64,000 nt of DNA, from positions 457,064,001-457,128,000 of the forward strand of contig NC_091286.1 of the NCBI RefSeq assembly GCF_032444005.1. The letters are read 5' to 3'. Shown here piece by piece: positions 34,552-46,875 of the stretch. Source of the stretch: Ranitomeya imitator. Its lineage: Eukaryota. A program made the translations under genes and the position numbers. Every line of letters begins with the position of its first letter. Position 1 is the stretch's first letter. The notes below the pieces were generated by a model, which had not been told where the DNA came from, did no database searches, and worked only from the letters and a program-made list of their open reading frames with translations.

Positions 34552-36407
34552 GTATGGTGGAGAAGAAATGTTCTTCATTATCAAGCTTCTAACAGCACAT
34601 GAGTGAAGAGTTGGTCGCATGTAAACTCGTGGCCTTGGTTCTGCTAGGAAACATGGCAAATCGGTGAAAACCTCGGATATGCATAAACTCAGAAATGTCT
34701 GCAGATCATATGGTTGAAAAAAGCATGTAGGAATTAAGCAAATGAATCTGGCAGGACGATAATATGATGCCTGCATAAATGATTTTCTATAGCGGTGTAG
34801 GGGTAGTTGTCAAAATCATTAAAGTTTCTAAAGTTTTTAGTTTGTAGGTTTTAGACTGTTTCATCAGATGCTAATGTTAAAGAAATGCTAGAACCCCCTT
34901 TATTCAGATGTTTTTAGCTTTGAAAGCAGTCAATTGTACACATTTCAGAAAGCTTTGATATGGGTAAACCTTGACGTTTGGTAGAGCGGCTTAATATACA
35001 TTTTTTGCAAAAAACGTATCAACCAAATACCCTGTTTTTTCCATCTTTTACTAGCACTTACTGTCCACTGTGATTTTTTTGCAACAGAGTGTTTTTGGTT
35101 TTACTGTGCTTTTTTGTGTTTTCAAGTCTCTTGGTGGTGTGAACATGTCTCTACGGGCTTGTTCACTGTGCACGCAGCTAATGTGTTCTGGTTTCACATA
35201 ATTGTTTTCTTGTGTCCACAAGACTGGGGAGGCCTCCACCCCTCTTTTTTTGAGCTGTGCGCACAGGAGCCGTTCTGTCCAGGGTGTCCACATGGACATT
35301 CCTTTTCTGAATCCTGCTCATACAGGTATTGTACATATGACCAGGTTTTAAATACATCAGATAGGGATTATATACATTAGTTAGGACTGCTCTGATATGG
35401 GTATACCTTGACGTTTGGTAGAGCGGCTTAATATACATTTTTTGCAAAAAAACGTATCAACCAAATACCCTGTTTTTTCCATCTTTTTACTAACACTTGC
35501 TGTCCACTGTGATTTTTTTGCAACATAGTGTTTTTGGTTTTACTGCGCTTTTTTTGTGTTTTCAAAGCTGCACTGCAGAACTCCATTTAATGTGTAGTGG
35601 CCGCTGCCTGGTGCTGCAGATCAGCTCCTATTCTCTTGCATTTACTCGGTAATAGCCACTACTACACATTGAATGGAGCTGCAACCATTTTTTTTTATTA
35701 GCAACATAATGCCATTAGTAATAGCTATTTAAAAAGGTATAAAATAAGAAGCAATTGCCTAATGGTATTCTTCAAGAGCCGATTCTTTATCTTCAGCCCA
35801 CCATATTTGACTTCTATTTCAATCTTGAATAAAGCAGAAGAAGTGTAGTAATTATGTAGCCTCACACTGTGTAATTTCCTGACATGCCTTTCTTCTAAGT
35901 TGTGATTTTATGGGGCGAAGTAAAAAAAGCAAGGAATATGAGGTTCTCACAGCGAAATGATGTCACATTTTGGCAGAGCAGAAGTCATTCTTGTCATATG
36001 AACAGAGTAAAGCAAGTGTGAACAGGTGCAAGCTGCTGTGACTGCATAATATATACTATCAGCTATGGAGAGTTACCATTATTAAAACTTAACCTTTAAT
36101 GAGGATAGCCTAAAATATATGAACCCAACGAACAAACACATATATACAAAAAGTGCCCAAAATAACCAGTGCTCAAAATATAAAAGAATGGAACAGTCTC
36201 ACCATTCAGAACGGACACTTGGATCTTTCTCAGCCAATAGGGCTATGATGAATAACGGTCCAGGGGAGAAAAACGTCGGGCTAGGGCATAAGTCCTGTCT
36301 ACCCTGTAAACCCTGTGTAACTCCTGTCCTTACAAGGACAGGCCCCAAGTGGACCCTGCTATGGACAACCACCAGATGAATGGGTGTAGGTAAATCGGTT
36401 TCCTCTT

Positions 36408-36452
36408 CTCCCTACGCGTTTCATCACCAATGTAGGAGACTCATCAGGGGAG
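36408..36452 (-). ncRNA. Minimal type I hammerhead ribozyme (PLE-3 pLTR)
   Basis: ctccc-CTGATGA-gtctcctacattggtgat-GAAACGCGTA-gggag. Confidence 0.75.
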
Positions 36453-39227
36453 TTTGAAAAAAAATATATAATTATGTGCCACAGGGCCAAGGAGTCCAAG
36501 CAAAAGACAGAGTCCATGTGTCAAGAAGGGTCCCGCAGTGGCCGGGTACCCATCAGCAAGGTATGGCTGTCTGTGTTTGCAGTCAAAATGTGTCCTCACT
36601 CTAACCCCCACATGAACACCCTTATATAACACTACTAGTCACTGCCCCTCCTATCTTAGTCACCTGTAATGGGCTAATGTAAACCAGATAGGCGTGTGTC
36701 ATACTCACTCGTACACGGCGTGCAGCGATGTGTGTACCGGATGTGCGGCCGCCATGCTGTGCACGTCACTTCCACACATGCGCCAGAGAGGTGCGTTCCA
36801 CACTGGAACGCATAGTCGCCATATTGTGGGCGTCACCGAAGATACGCTACAGCGGCGCCAACTGGGTATACGTAACATAGTCACTAGTGCGCTCCATGTC
36901 ATGTGGGCGTCATAATAATCGTCATATGGGCGTCACAATAGGAACGTCCCAAAGGAGGCGTAGCTGAATATACACCGTAGCGGCACCAAAATGACATGTG
37001 TAATATACGTTCCATGTCATGTGGGCGTCACAATAGTCGTCATGTAGGCGTCTCCATGTCATGTGGGCATAGTAACCGCCATGTGGGCGTCACAATAGGA
37101 ACGTCCCACGGGAGACGTAGCTGAATATGCATCGTAACGGCACCAGAATGACATGTGTAGTATGCGCTCCATATCATGTGGGCGTAACAATAGTCGTCAT
37201 GTGGGCATCACAGTAGGAACGTCCCACGGGAGGCGTAGCGGATTATGCACCGCGGCGGCGCCAGAATGACGTGCGTAGTATCACTTGTGCTAAGGATGCC
37301 CCACATCGTGGAACGCACAGAAGTCACATAAATATGGGCGTCACAGTAAGAACGCTGCATCGATGTCATGGCAACCATAACCTGCCAGGAGAGTATAACC
37401 CACACCGTGGGACTCACCTATGGCGGAAGGCCTGATCGCCATATTATCGGTGTCGCTGAACCATACTATATAAGCAAAAATGTGCTCCAAGTCATAAAAA
37501 ATATATAAGGACACTTTAATCATACTTTGAGCATAACCAAAAATCAATAAATAATACAACACGGCAGGGCCGTAATAGTAAAGACCGCCAGATAACCTGC
37601 CTCAGGCATGATTAAAGTGCAATAGTATGGTGACTAATAGGGAAAACACAGTATGACAGTGGGGGGGATGTAGTTGTTTGTATATAGGGGGGGGGGCACT
37701 ACTTGATAGTCTTGCTAGTGCCACCAAAATACGTAGAGGATACTATAGTTGCATACCCGAAAAAGTATGTAGATATGTAGGGCGGCCTATTAGATAAAAA
37801 CACAGAAATAGGTGAGGAACCAACATAACTAAATAAAAGTCGGATTCACAAAATGGTGAAGTTACACCCCTTATTCATAGTGCGATACACCCAAATAGGT
37901 GAAGCACTAAATTCAGAGACACGGGGTGTCACCAGAAGAGGGGAAAAGACAGTGGTCAAACCCCTAGAGGTCACCTATTATAAACTCTGCTTTATTTGAC
38001 TGATTAAATAGCTAGCGCCCAGAAAAACGATACATAGTACCCATGATAAACAGTAACCAATGGCCTATAAAGAACATGGCCCAATATAACCAAAGGCACC
38101 AGAGAAGGGGGGGGAGAGGGGGAAGGAAATAAAGTGACAAAACCACTAGATTGACCCAACATAAGAGACGTGTTCAAAGGAAACAGCTGAAATTCAGCTG
38201 TTCATTCAACCCTTTGGGATCACATGTGTCAAGCAAAAATATCCATTTGGCCTCTCTCTGAAGGAGCATTCTATCTAGATCGCCACCCCTGGGTGACATC
38301 CGCACTTTGTCAATGCCCATAAATGAAAGGCCCTTGGTGCTACCCCCATGAGAAGCATTCACATGTCTCGCAATGGGGGTGTCTCTCCGATTGCGTATGT
38401 CACCAAGGTGCTCTCCCACCCGTCTCCTAAATTCTCGGATGGTTTTACCAATATATGATTGGCCACAACTGCAGAGTGCCCTATAGATCACCCCAGTGTC
38501 TTGCAGTTGATGAATTCCCTGATCTTATACACTCGTTGAGTATTTTCATCAACAAATTCTTTGCCAGGTCTTATAAACTCACAAGCCACACAAGTACCAC
38601 ATTTGTAGCATCCAGCTGGCCTCACTGGCAACCAGGTTTCCTTTTTAGGGGGTTAAAGTGACTATGCACAAGTCTATCCCCCAGGGTTCTGCATCTACGG
38701 TATGTGATGCTAGGTGTACCACCCACAAATTCCTTAAGGTCCACGTCCATACCTAGAATGCCCCAGTGCTCTTTCAGGATCTTTCTGACGGAAGTTGCCC
38801 CGTTATCAAACGTACAAATGAGTCTTGTCTCGTTGGTAATATTCTCTTCCCTCTCCAAAGGGGTGAGGAGCAACCCTCTGTTCTGTCTGTTGGCATATCG
38901 GAAAGCCTCCCTCAACACCAGGGTGGATAAAAATCTTGATTTTTTTAAAAAAAATCAAAAAAATCAGATTTTTTTGATTTAAATCATTTGATTTAAATCA
39001 GATTTTTTAATCAAGTTGTACACAAGCAAAACTTTGTCTTTTTGCAAATCTAATTGTTTTACACAAATAAAAATATTAAAACAGTTGATTATGAAACCTA
39101 ATAATTTTTATTTGCACTATTAAAGACTCAGAATTGAACTACAGAGAGTAAGTACTTTTTAACAATAGCCTATCTCTAACGTTTGAAGTAAGCAAACATC
39201 TTCAGTGAATACATCAGTCCTTTAAGC

Positions 39228-41759
39228 CTACTGTTTATTTAGGACTTTTAATAGGAAAACCAGTTGTCCTGCTTTAGCAGTTCCTAAAAGCGGTTTCGGA
39301 CTGTTGTGTGCACAAAACCAAATGAAGAAAACAATCTCTCTACTCCTGCGGATGAAACCGATGCAGTCAGTAGCTGAGTAGCTAGATTTATTATCTTTGC
39401 TGGAAGAACAAGTGATTGCGACTTCCACCAGTCCAGTGGTTTTAGTTCATTAACGACATTATCTGCAAACATGTATTTTTGAAATGGTGCAGATTCACAC
39501 TTCAATTTCAGCACAGTTGCCACAATGTCATGGTTAGTATTGGCGAGCCACTCCATTGCAGAGTTGATTTCCGCCTCAGATAATTTTTTCCCTCTGTAGA
39601 TGGGATGCAAGATATTGGCTAAATAGTGTTCTTCTTTTAATGCTTGGTCCTTGCGGTGCTGTATTGCAACCTTTACATTGTTTGAGAGGTTCAAGCGATC
39701 TAGAGAACCTTCTAAATCTTTCCAAACTTCTGTGGCATCAGCTATGGTTGCAGTATCTTTCTGCATTTTATCCAACGCAATCGATATTGGCTTTAACCTT
39801 TCCAAAAGGTCCTCGGCATTTCTCTTCACACCAAGATTTAATACTTTGCTTCGTATATTAGCATCAATTTTATCCCGATGTGTTTCGCAAATGGACAGTA
39901 ATTTTGACCAGTTGTTAATAAACATTTCCAAGCAGTCAGCCAAGGTATTCCATCTAACATCTTGTGGTAGAACCAACTTCAGTCCTCCCATTTCCTTGTA
40001 GGTTGCATGTGCAAAATGATTATTGCGGAAATATTTAACAATTTCTACAACATGTTCCTTGACACCCGAAATATGCAGGTCTTTTGCCAAAAGATGCAAC
40101 AAATGGGCAGAACAACCGTATGTAATGACATTTGTGTCATCCTCATGTGCCAGTTCCGCTCGCATTTTTGCCACATTGCTTGCGTTATCAGTAACTAAGC
40201 TCCTTACTTTACATCCAAACTGTTCTTGGCATTGGTGAATTGAGTTCTTAGCAATTTCAAGTAAATATTCAGCAGTATGTGAATTTCCAGATGTGTCGAT
40301 TGTGTCTGTAAGGTAAGTTTCACCATCTTCTGTTGTGACACAAGTGCAAATTATGGGGTCGTTGTGGATGTTGCTCCAACCATCCAAGCTCATGTTAACA
40401 ACCTTGTCTTTCAAATATTTTGTACAAGCCGCTCTTTCTATGTCGTATACAGCCTGAAGATGTTTTCCTGAGATATCAAATCTACTTGGTGGTTTGTAGC
40501 CTGGTCTAATTCCTTCGATCATTTGTACAAACAATGGGTGCTCAACTAGTCGGAAAGAAGAATTGGTTGCAAATATGAATTTAGCAATTAATTCATCAAA
40601 ATGTTCTTTCTGGCTCGTCGTAGTCTTTAAGATGAATTTTTCTACACTTTGCACGCAAAGTTTTTTTTTGGGCTGCTTTGTTGAAGTTGTACCCAGATAT
40701 TGATTGTCACGTGCAGCACAAGCCATATTTGACCCTGAAAGCACAGAAATTAAAAATATAAATCGACTGCGTATTTGAAGAAATATAACGAAAATATTTT
40801 GAAACAAACTTTTTGAACAATGTAATGGTCCTCGTCCTATAAGGGCTGTCTCAAAAGTTATGCTACTCAAGTTTTCCGGTGAAGTTGCTGTAATACTGGT
40901 AACTAATATCAGAGCAACTGAAAAAAATTATGTCACAAAAGTTTTAAAAATGTTTTTTTTTAAAAATGGTCAATTTGGCAGACTTCAAAAGTGAATTGCA
41001 GCCTACAATAAAAAAAAAAATAAGCGTATACACACTTTATTTTTACTTAAAGGACATGTGCACCTTTATTTTTTAAGGTGCAGTGTGCACATGTCCTCCC
41101 CCCGCAGCTCTCTTACCTCCGCTGTCAGCGCTGCGGGGATCCGTGGCTTCGTTCTGCCCGTCCGCGAGCGCGCCTCCATTCATTTCAATGGAGCGTGCGG
41201 CCCGCTGACGTCACGCCACTGGATCACTGCGAGTAGGCCGCAACCGGAGGACGGGAGGCGGACGGTCAAAACGAAGCCACGGATCTCAGCGCTGCGGGGA
41301 TCGGAGGTAAGAGCGCTGCGGGGGGGGAGGACATGTGCACCTTAAAAAAATAAAGGTGCACATGTCCTTTAGCGTTAATTTTCTGTGAAATATTGCCTTA
41401 ACATAAATTTAAATTCTATACTCCAGAACTACTAGTGCTAGAAATTTCTCTTTTCATAGACTTTAACCATCCCAGTAAAATGTCTGTTAAAAAAATAGGT
41501 TGTAATCGCCAGACTTATTAGTACTAGGCTCCTGGTGCATAAGAAGCTGTGGGGGTTCATTGACATTAGTTGTATCACTATCAACATCTTCATTTCCCTT
41601 CTGGTTGCAGTTTTCATAATGTGATTTCAAACGGCAAACAAGTCCTTGGATATCCTTTTGACAGTATTTGCACTTTGCTCTTGCACCTTTCTTTCCAAGA
41701 TCTGCTGCTGGCATCTCAACAAAATGAACCCAAATAGGGTCTCTCTTACGACCTGCCAT
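39228..41759 (-). pseudogene. hAT transposase (BED-finger exon 41487-41759; main exon about 39228-40734); 2-nt frameshift near 39290
   Basis: W..F...CKYC...LKSH...C BED finger; SLDGWS, VTDNASN, CSAHLLHL, DVRWNT, WWK, SSAGVERLFS. Confidence 0.88.
41051..41368. mobile_element. T2/Kolobok palindromic MITE inside the hAT intron
   Basis: TTAA-aggacatgtgcacc ... ggtgcacatgtcct-TTAG. Confidence 0.8.
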
Positions 41760-44700
41760 GGCTCACACAGATCACTTATGAAGTTTGATTGTTACTACAG
41801 CCAAGTACTGCTGACTATCCAACAAGTTTGGGCATGTCAACTGAATGGAAAAAGAAACTAAACCAAAAGTGAAACCAAGCTAGAAGTGTGGAATTAAAGG
41901 GGCAGTATGAACAAAATGTGGAGGCTATTAATAGTTTATACAATTAAGACATGCTGCTTTTAAACACCTACCTATTGCCATATAGTAAAACAAAAAAGAT
42001 TTTTACTTACTTTGGGGTCCCCCCCTCACCCTGGCGTTAGATCGTTGCCCCTAGTTTCGTCCGTGTAACTATGGGCGCACATGCGCACTGCTCTCACTTC
42101 TCATTTTAATCGTGATTTATATTAAAAAAAAACCTTTTGATTTAAATCAGTGATTTAAATCATGATTAAAATCATGATTTAAATCGATCCGATTTAAATA
42201 GAAAAAAAATCTTTTGATTTAAATCGTGATTTAAATCATGATTTAAATCGGCGTGATTTAAATCAATCCACCCTGCTCAACACCCGATCGGGGTACCCCC
42301 TAGCCAGAAACCTCCATCTGAGATCATCCGCCTTGTCTTTGAAGTCTCTTTGATTAGAACAATTACGACGCAGTCTAAGATACTGGCCCTTAGGGATACC
42401 CCTTTTGAGAGGGTAGGGGTGATGACTATCCCATCGCAAAAGAGAGTTGGTTGCGGTGGGTTTACGATAGACTGTGGTCTCCAATGAGTCCCCCCTCTCT
42501 GATTTTGAAATCAGGACATCCAGGAAGGGTAACCTGTCCTCCTGTATCACAAACGTAAACCTTAGACCAATGTCATTTTCATTCAAAGATGCGACAAACT
42601 GGCAGAAAGTGTCACTCGTGCCCCTCCAGAGTACAAAAATATCATCAATATTCCTGACCCATAGGTCCACATGGGCCAGGTATATTTCATGTCTCTCGGA
42701 GAAGGCAATACTGTCCTCCCACCATCCCACCAGCCCAGGAACAAATTTGCGTACGTGGGGGCACAAGGGCTCCCCATTGCGGTGCCCCTGAGCTGGTGGA
42801 AGACCTTGCAATCAAAGCAAAAGAAATTATTATGCAACACAAAATCAAGAAGGCTGACAATGAGTTCATTGTGGGCCCTGTATTGGCACCCCCTTGTACC
42901 AAGGAAGTGTTGCACACCCCGAATCCCACAATCGTGTGGGATCGAGGAGTACAAAGCCTCGACGTCAATACTAGCCAGGAGGGTGCCAGATTCAAGCGAG
43001 ATACCATCCAGCCTACGAAGTAAATCCATGGTGTCTCTTATATAGGAGGGAAGAGAAGTGACAAAAGAACTCAACACTTTGTCGATGTACACTCCTACAT
43101 TCTGCCCAATACCTCCTATGCCCGACACAATGGGTCTGCCCTTAAGAGGGTCAAGACCCTTGTGAACCTTTGGTAGGGCATAGAAGGTTGGCATGATGGG
43201 ATGGCGGGGTAGCATGAATAGATATTCATCCTCACTAATCAATTTGTCCATTTTGGCTTTCGTGAGGATAGCCCCCAATGACGACAAACATTTGGCAGTT
43301 GGATTTTGTGACACCACAGTGTAGGTCGTACGATCATTAAGTAGGGACAAACACATATTTTTATATTTCTCCACCCCCATCACGACCACATTCCCCCCTT
43401 ATCGGATGGTTTGAAAACTAATGACTCATCCGTTTCCAACCCCTGAAGGGCCACCATCTGTTATCTGCTTAGATTATGTCTGGCTTGATTCTGTGCCATT
43501 TCCTTGATGTCATTAGTACATAGATTTAGAAAAACATCAATTGCGGACAGGTCCCCCCCAACAGGTGCCATTTTCCTGCTGCCATTTTTTAACTGGGTAA
43601 AGGGTCCCTGTCCTACATTAGTTACAGGTGAGGTTTCCAGATCTGCCAACAATTGTACATCTTGTAATAATTCAGAAGGAATATTAAGTTCATAACATAA
43701 CCTCTTCTCTCTCTGCTTAAAGAATTTGTGCCATCTTAATTTTCTAATAAATAAATTCAAATCCTTAATCATGTTAAAGGAGGAAAAATCGGAGCTGGGA
43801 ACAAAAGATAATCCTTTGAAAAGGACCGACATTTCCACCGCAGTAAATTGTCTGTCAGATAGATTTAGAATCTGTGACTCTCCTCCCTGTTGAAGAGATT
43901 GCGATTGTGACTGCGGAGCTGGTAGGGTCGGTCTAAAAAACCGGGTCTTGGAATTGGGGTCTGGTACCTATCGCCTCTATGAAATCCCCCTCCTCTTCCC
44001 CTTCCCCTACCCCTCGTGCTGGGCCCCCTGCTGTCGTTGTCCGAGTAATGCCCATATGACGATTATTATGACGCCCACATGACATGGAGCGCACTAGTGA
44101 CTATGTTACGTATACCCAGTTGGCGCCGCTGTAGCGTATCTTCGGTGACGCCCACAATATGGCGACTATGCGTTCCAGTGTGGAACGCACCTCTCTGGCG
44201 CATGTGTGGAAGTGACGTGCACAGCATGGCGGCCGCACATCCGGTACACACATCGCTGCACGCCGTGTACGAGTGAGTATGACACACGCCTATCTAGTTT
44301 ACATTAGCCCATTACAGGTGACTAAGATAGGAGGGGCAGTGACTAGTAGTGTTATATAAGGGTGTTCATGTGGGGGTTAGAGTGAGGACACATTTTGACT
44401 GCAAACACAGACAGCCATACCTTGCTGATGGGTACCCGGCCACTGCAGGACCCTTCTTGACACACGGACTCTGTCTTTTGCTTGGACTCCTGTGCCCTGT
44501 GGCACATAATTATATATGAGAAGAATGAAATAGATATTACACACGCGCTACCTCAGGCACCAAGAAAAAACCCCCAGCTGCAAGGAAACAAGGCAGGGAG
44601 GTGCCACCCCTGTCAAAGAACTATCAAGAATAATGAAAACAATTGAATCCGCGCTGAAAGGGCAAGACAGATGGAACAAACAGACCTATGAAAAGTAAAT

Positions 44701-45092
44701 GTGACACAATAACACGCAAATCACACCATACAAGCCCACACACCCCCACCTATAACAGAACAATCCCACCTTGAATAGACCTAGACCGGAGCCTAAACAA
44801 AAAGCCGCACCAGCGCTACCGAACACGTGGAGAGACTCACCAGCAGGGGATGTGCCGACGTGTGTCACGGTGGGTGCAGTCCAGTCAGGAGAAAAGGATC
44901 CGGCGTATAGAAACGCTAGCGGGAAGGTGGGCAGGCAGAGGTGATGAGCCGCAATGAAATAAGGTAGTACGGGAGCTACGTAGAGCCAGGGAAAGCCCCG
45001 GCCGGTGGCGTCCCTGGATACGAGCGGGGAAGGGGAAAATAGCTGGCACGAGGCTCAGCGTGTGACGTCACAAAGTAAGTACGGGGCAGCGC

Positions 45093-45155
45093 AGAGACCA
45101 AAACCGACGCGTTTCGAAGGAGAGGCGTCCTTCTTCATCAGGGTTACCGGTCTCT
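45093..45155 (-). ncRNA. Mirror copy of the PLE-4 hammerhead
   Basis: Reverse complement of 45622-45684. Confidence 0.85.
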
Positions 45156-45621
45156 CGATGCGCCCGGACATATAAGCCCCAAGGATGTCAATCACAATAG
45201 CAAGCCTGCCCATTTAACCCATTGTGTTGGTGACCACTATAGTAATGACAGTTGCAGAGCCACAAAAAACCGCAACACTATGAGTAGAGATGAAAGTAAG
45301 AATACTGATGCATGAAATATGTTGCACGGGCAAGTGAAAAATATTAATAAAAAAGACTTATAAATATGTGTAAAAGTATAGATGTACTGTACCAATTCAA
45401 ATATACCAGATTTATTAAAGTGGAAACAATACCACTAACACTATCTAAATTAACACAAACAATAGAAGCAAACCTTTAATAAATAGCGATAAAAAACAGT
45501 AAATCCGGGGTTAAAGTACTAAAAACGTGCTAAAACGGTACTACGGGGGTACTAGAAAAAAGGGGGGGGGAAAGAGATACGGGGAAAAAAAAAATTTTTC
45601 ATTATATGTCCGGGCGCATCG

Positions 45622-45684
45622 AGAGACCGGTAACCCTGATGAAGAAGGACGCCTCTCCTTCGAAACGCGTCGGTTTTGGTCTCT
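45622..45684 (+). ncRNA. Minimal type I hammerhead ribozyme with canonical core
   Basis: agagaccggtaacc-CTGATGA-a-GAAGG-acgcctct-CCTTC-GAAACGCGTC-ggttttggtctct; predicted GUC cleavage after 45671. Confidence 0.85.
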
Positions 45685-46105
45685 GCGCTGCCCCGTACTT
45701 ACTTTGTGACGTCACACGCTGAGCCTCGTGCCAGCTATTTTCCCCTTCCCCGCTCGTATCCAGGGACGCCACCGGCCGGGGCTTTCCCTGGCTCTACGTA
45801 GCTCCCGTACTACCTTATTTCATTGCGGCTCATCACCTCTGCCTGCCCACCTTCCCGCTAGCGTTTCTATACGCCGGATCCTTTTCTCCTGACTGGACTG
45901 CACCCACCGTGACACACGTCGGCACATCCCCTGCTGGTGAGTCTCTCCACGTGTTCGGTAGCGCTGGTGCGGCTTTTTGTTTAGGCTCCGGTCTAGGTCT
46001 ATTCAAGGTGGGATTGTTCTGTTATAGGTGGGGGTGTGTGGGCTTGTATGGTGTGATTTGCATGTTATTGTGTCACATTTACATAATTATATATATTTTT
46101 TCAAA

Positions 46106-46150
46106 CTCCCCTGATGAGTCTCCTACATTGGTGATGAAATGTGTAGGGAG
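46106..46150 (+). ncRNA. PLE-3 hammerhead copy with CpG-type changes (GAAATGTGTA)
   Basis: Otherwise identical to 36408-36452. Confidence 0.6.
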
Positions 46151-46875
46151 AAGAGGAAACCGATTTACCTACACCCATTCATCTGGTGGTTGTCCATAGC
46201 AGGGTCCACTTGGGGCCTGTCCTTGTAAGGACAGGAGTTACACATGGTTTACAGGGTAGACAGGACTTATGCCCTAGCCCGACGTTTTTCTCCCCTGGAC
46301 CGTTACTCATCATAGCCCTATTGGCTGAGAAAGATCCAAGTGTCCGTTCTGAATGGTGAGACTGTTCCATTCTTTTATATTTTGAGCACTGGTTATTTTG
46401 GGCACTTTTTGTATATATGTATATGTGTTTGTTCGTTGGGTTCATATATTTTAGGCTATCCTCATTAAAGGTTAAGTTTTAATAATGGTAACTCTCCATA
46501 GCTGATAGTATCTGTTTCCCCAGAGGGTGTTATATGGTGCAGATTAGTCTGCACTATTGCTTTTTGCAGACTGCATAATATACAAAGAAAAGAATACAGC
46601 AGCACTCTGTAAGCGGTAAATGTATGCAAACCATTGAATATATGGAATCTGGACTTTATTACTGCCATATAGACAATACCTAGAAAATGAGGGTGCTTAG
46701 CGCACAATTTGGGCAGTTCATGATTCTGTTAGAAGGTGCTCGTCGGTTTTTTGAAGTTTAATATTGGAGGTGGTGACTGCCTCCTTTTCTGACAGACACT
46801 CCTCCAATTAGTTAGTGCTGGATTCTACCTGCCCTTTAAATTTGTAAACTATAAACCTCGGCGAGTCATGTTTTT

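Larger units (their letters stand above)
38919..42275 (-). mobile_element. hAT DNA transposon, near complete
   Basis: 8-bp TSD CTCAACAC at 38911-38918 and 42276-42283; TIR CAGGGTGGAT; many subterminal gatttaaatc palindromes. Confidence 0.95.
38174..43880 (-). pseudogene. PLE-3 RT / Cys linker / GIY-YIG ORF, disrupted
   Basis: KGLSFVP, KVHK...GRPIVSG, DVEALYSSIP, GTAMGSPCAP, RNIDD (YIDD altered), CYKCGTCVAC, VIYRALCSCGQSYIGKT; several frameshifts and the hAT insertion. Confidence 0.9.
44518..46080. mobile_element. Penelope-like pLTR foldback (PLE-4) nested in the PLE-3 inverted pLTR
   Basis: 14-bp TSD acataattatatat at 44504-44517 and 46081-46094, single-copy in the uninterrupted arm at about 36464-36477; arms about 44697-45175 and 45602-46080; tail of about 179 nt; hammerheads in both arms. 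Confidence 0.88.
36054..46568 (-). mobile_element. Neptune-type Penelope-like element (PLE-3) with an inverted pLTR; hosts an hAT and PLE-4
   Basis: 14-bp TSD gactgcataatata at 36040-36053 and 46569-46582; RT plus GIY-YIG on the - strand; 3' segment 36054-36931 repeated inverted at 44050-44517 plus 46081-46510; 58-nt tail. Confidence 0.92.

Noticed and set aside
39228-41759. Domesticated ZBED-type host gene
   Set aside because: Intact TIRs and TSD, insertion into another transposon and a C-terminal frameshift indicate an ordinary transposon copy.
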